This document shows, piece by piece, positions 62,219 to 64,000 of a stretch of DNA of 64,000 nucleotides. The position numbers and the translations under genes were made by a program. Position 1 is the stretch's first letter, and the number at the start of each line of letters is the position of its first letter. The notes beneath the pieces were generated by a model. It was not told the DNA's origin and searched no databases. It saw only the letters and a program-made list of their open reading frames with translations. Source of the stretch: a virus; the IMG/VR virus record IMGVR_UViG_3300027970_002011, positions 15,585 to 79,584 of that record; one strand, 5' to 3'.

Positions 62219-64000
62219 TTATTCTTTTATCGGTTTGTATTCCAACAGAACTTTAGATACATCCTTACGTTCTGCGAAGACTGTGAAGTAACAATTTGGT
62301 GTTCCATCTTGACAGTTAATGTAAACCTTATTGTTTTCAATCTTCTCAACCCAGTGAACACAAGGTCCTGAGATTGGTGTAAGTTGAACTGTCCAATCTG
62401 TGTCGTGAACAAGTCCTATCCAATAATCAGGGAGTTCAATCACTTTACTTGTTGCGTGTCCTCTGAAGTAAACTCCGTGTTCAGGACCTTCCAAGTTACC
62501 GTATCTCAATCTCCATCCTTCTTTTGTTGGGTGAGGAATATCAAACGACTTACTGTTTGCGGTGACGTTATCAAAGTTAAGAAGGTTTGCAACACCACCA
62601 CCTTCGATGTTACCAGGCGCAGCACTCATGTCAATGTCACCACCAACAAGGGTTATAGTACCAGCTCCGGTATTAATTCCACCACCACCAGTATCAATAC
62701 CACCTCCGGTTGTTTTAAGTATTGAACCGTCATAAGTAAGATTACTTTCAGCGTTTAGTTCTCCTGCGGTGTCACTACCTGTGATAAGTCTGTTGTTAGC
62801 GTTATTGTTGATAGTTGCAGCTCCTGATGTTCCTGAAGAACCACTAGTTCCCGAACTTCCGCTAGTTCCTGATGAACCTGAAGTTCCGCTTGAACCGCTA
62901 GTTCCCGATGAACCTGATTTACCTGAAGAACCTGACGAACCACTTGAACCGCTAGTTCCTGAAGAACCGCTAGTTCCCGATGAACCTGATTTACCTGAAG
63001 AACCTGACGAACCACTTGAACCGCTAGTTCCTGAACTTCCACTAGTTCCCGAACTTCCACTAGTTCCCGAACTTCCACTAGTTCCTGATGAACCTGATTT
63101 ACCTGATGAACCACTTGAACCGCTAGTTCCTGAAGAACCTGACGAACCACTTGAACCGCTAGTTCCTGAAGAACCTGACGAACCACTTGAACCGCTAGTT
63201 CCTGAACTTCCACTAGTTCCCGAACTTCCACTAGTTCCTGATGAACCTGATTTACCTGAAGAACCTGATGAACCACTTGAACCGCTAGTTCCTGAAGAAC
63301 CTGACGAACCACTTGAACCGCTAGTTCCTGAAGAACCTGACGAACCACTTGAACCGCTAGTTCCTGAACTTCCACTAGTTCCCGAACTTCCACTAGTTCC
63401 TGATGAACCTGATTTACCTGAAGAACCTGATGAACCACTTGAACCGCTAGTTCCTGAAGAACCTGACGAACCTGAAGTACCATCATCACCAGCAGTTTCA
63501 AAGAATACTGTGAATTGTTCACCATCACTCCAAGTACCCGATGCGATACCGTTAGTTACAAAATATCTAACCCAACCTGTTTGGTCAACACCGTCAGCAT
63601 CCATGAAATAGTATGCGTAATTGGTTGAAGGGTTTGTCACACTGACAAACTTAATCCAAGTTCTAAATAATGCCGGTGTAAGTATATTTTGGAAATTTGC
63701 TGAAGGTGTTAATGCCTCATAATCAATTGCGATTGCACTTACGGATGATAAAGTCGCAGTATTGAATCTAAAATTAGATATACCTGGGTCAGCTATGGTT
63801 GTTGAAGTATTGTATCTCCAAATAGCTATATGACCTTCTAAACCGCTAGTTCCCGATGAACCTGACTTACCTGAAGAACCTGAAGAACCACTTGAACCGC
63901 TAGTTCCTGATGAACCTGAAGAACCACTTGAACCGCTAGTTCCTGATGAACCTGAAGAACCTGAACTTCCACTAGTTCCGCTTGAACCACTAGTTCCCGA
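62219..64000 (-). CDS. Ser/Thr-rich Gly-X-Y (GSSGTS)n fibre protein, 5' end outside the window
   Basis: Frame stays open from 63640 to 64000 with more GSSGTS repeats; C-terminal KSFDIPHP...LEGPEHGVYFRG...LPDYW...VQLTP domain seen in phage fibres. Confidence 0.88.
   Translation of the reverse strand, partial: SGTSGSSGTSGSSGSSGSSGTSGSSGSSGSSGTSGSSGSSGSSGKSGSSGTSGLEGHIAIWRYNTSTTIADPGISNFRFNTATLSSVSAIAIDYEALTPSANFQNILTPALFRTWIKFVSVTNPSTNYAYYFMDADGVDQTGWVRYFVTNGIASGTWSDGEQFTVFFETAGDDGTSGSSGSSGTSGSSGSSGSSGKSGSSGTSGSSGTSGSSGTSGSSGSSGSSGTSGSSGSSGSSGTSGSSGSSGSSGKSGSSGTSGSSGTSGSSGTSGSSGSSGSSGTSGSSGSSGSSGTSGSSGSSGKSGSSGTSGSSGTSGSSGTSGSSGTSGSSGSSGSSGKSGSSGTSGSSGTSGSSGSSGSSGKSGSSGTSGSSGTSGSSGTSGSSGTSGSSGTSGAATINNNANNRLITGSDTAGELNAESNLTYDGSILKTTGGGIDTGGGGINTGAGTITLVGGDIDMSAAPGNIEGGGVANLLNFDNVTANSKSFDIPHPTKEGWRLRYGNLEGPEHGVYFRGHATSKVIELPDYWIGLVHDTDWTVQLTPISGPCVHWVEKIENNKVYINCQDGTPNCYFTVFAERKDVSKVLLEYKPIKE

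Noticed and set aside
62820-63480. Regular DNA repeats resembling a CRISPR array
   Set aside because: No unique spacers; in-frame coding repeats in multiples of 9 bp; no cas genes seen
62755-63611. EPLVP and VQVV repeat ORFs
   Set aside because: Shadows of the GSSGTS repeat
1-64000. Stop-codon reassignment
   Set aside because: Code 11 gives full-length, tightly packed genes, and TAA, TAG and TGA all end genes
1-64000. Eukaryotic giant-virus or bacterial chromosome origin
   Set aside because: Sigma70, intrinsic terminators, overlapping operons, S74 fibres, primase/SbcCD/RuvC and many orphans point to a large bacteriophage; no capsid or terminase is in the window, so this remains an inference
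1-64000. tRNA or structured ncRNA genes, diversity-generating retroelement
   Set aside because: Intergenic gaps are short, and no cloverleaf, reverse transcriptase or TR/VR pair was recognised; a covariance search was not possible

Overview
AT-rich, gene-dense segment of a very large tailed phage (jumbo/megaphage type), mostly on the minus strand, standard genetic code. A Bacteroidota host is likely: Bacteroidota-type sigma70, TTTG-N20/21-TAnnTTTG promoters, an Hc1-family protein, SprB-like repeats and signal peptides followed by Gln. Layout: (1) 2.6-13 kb, three tandem paralogous Gly-X-Y fibre genes, each ending in an S74 intramolecular chaperone; (2) 13-37.7 kb, thioredoxin/glutaredoxin, adenine MTase, LAGLIDADG endonuclease, DnaJ, probable head proteins, a lysis-like cluster, sigma factor, SbcCD-like nuclease, PD-(D/E)XK nuclease, primase and RuvC-like resolvase; (3) 37.7-47.8 kb, structural-looking genes with mucin-like Thr-Pro tracts and Cys-rich modules; (4) 48-62.2 kb, a glycosylation island with ADP-heptose enzymes (kinase, nucleotidyltransferase, HldD epimerase), a GT4 fused to an Aah/TibC-type protein O-heptosyltransferase, a GT-D (DUF1792)-like enzyme and acetyl-, methyl- and aminotransferases; (5) a Ser-rich (GSSGTS)n fibre gene running off the right edge. 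Top candidates for new biology: a phage-encoded protein O-heptosylation system flanked by its probable Ser/Thr-rich substrates, and a possibly heterotrimeric collagen-like fibre with three length-matched chains. All family calls come from motif recognition by eye; no database search was run.
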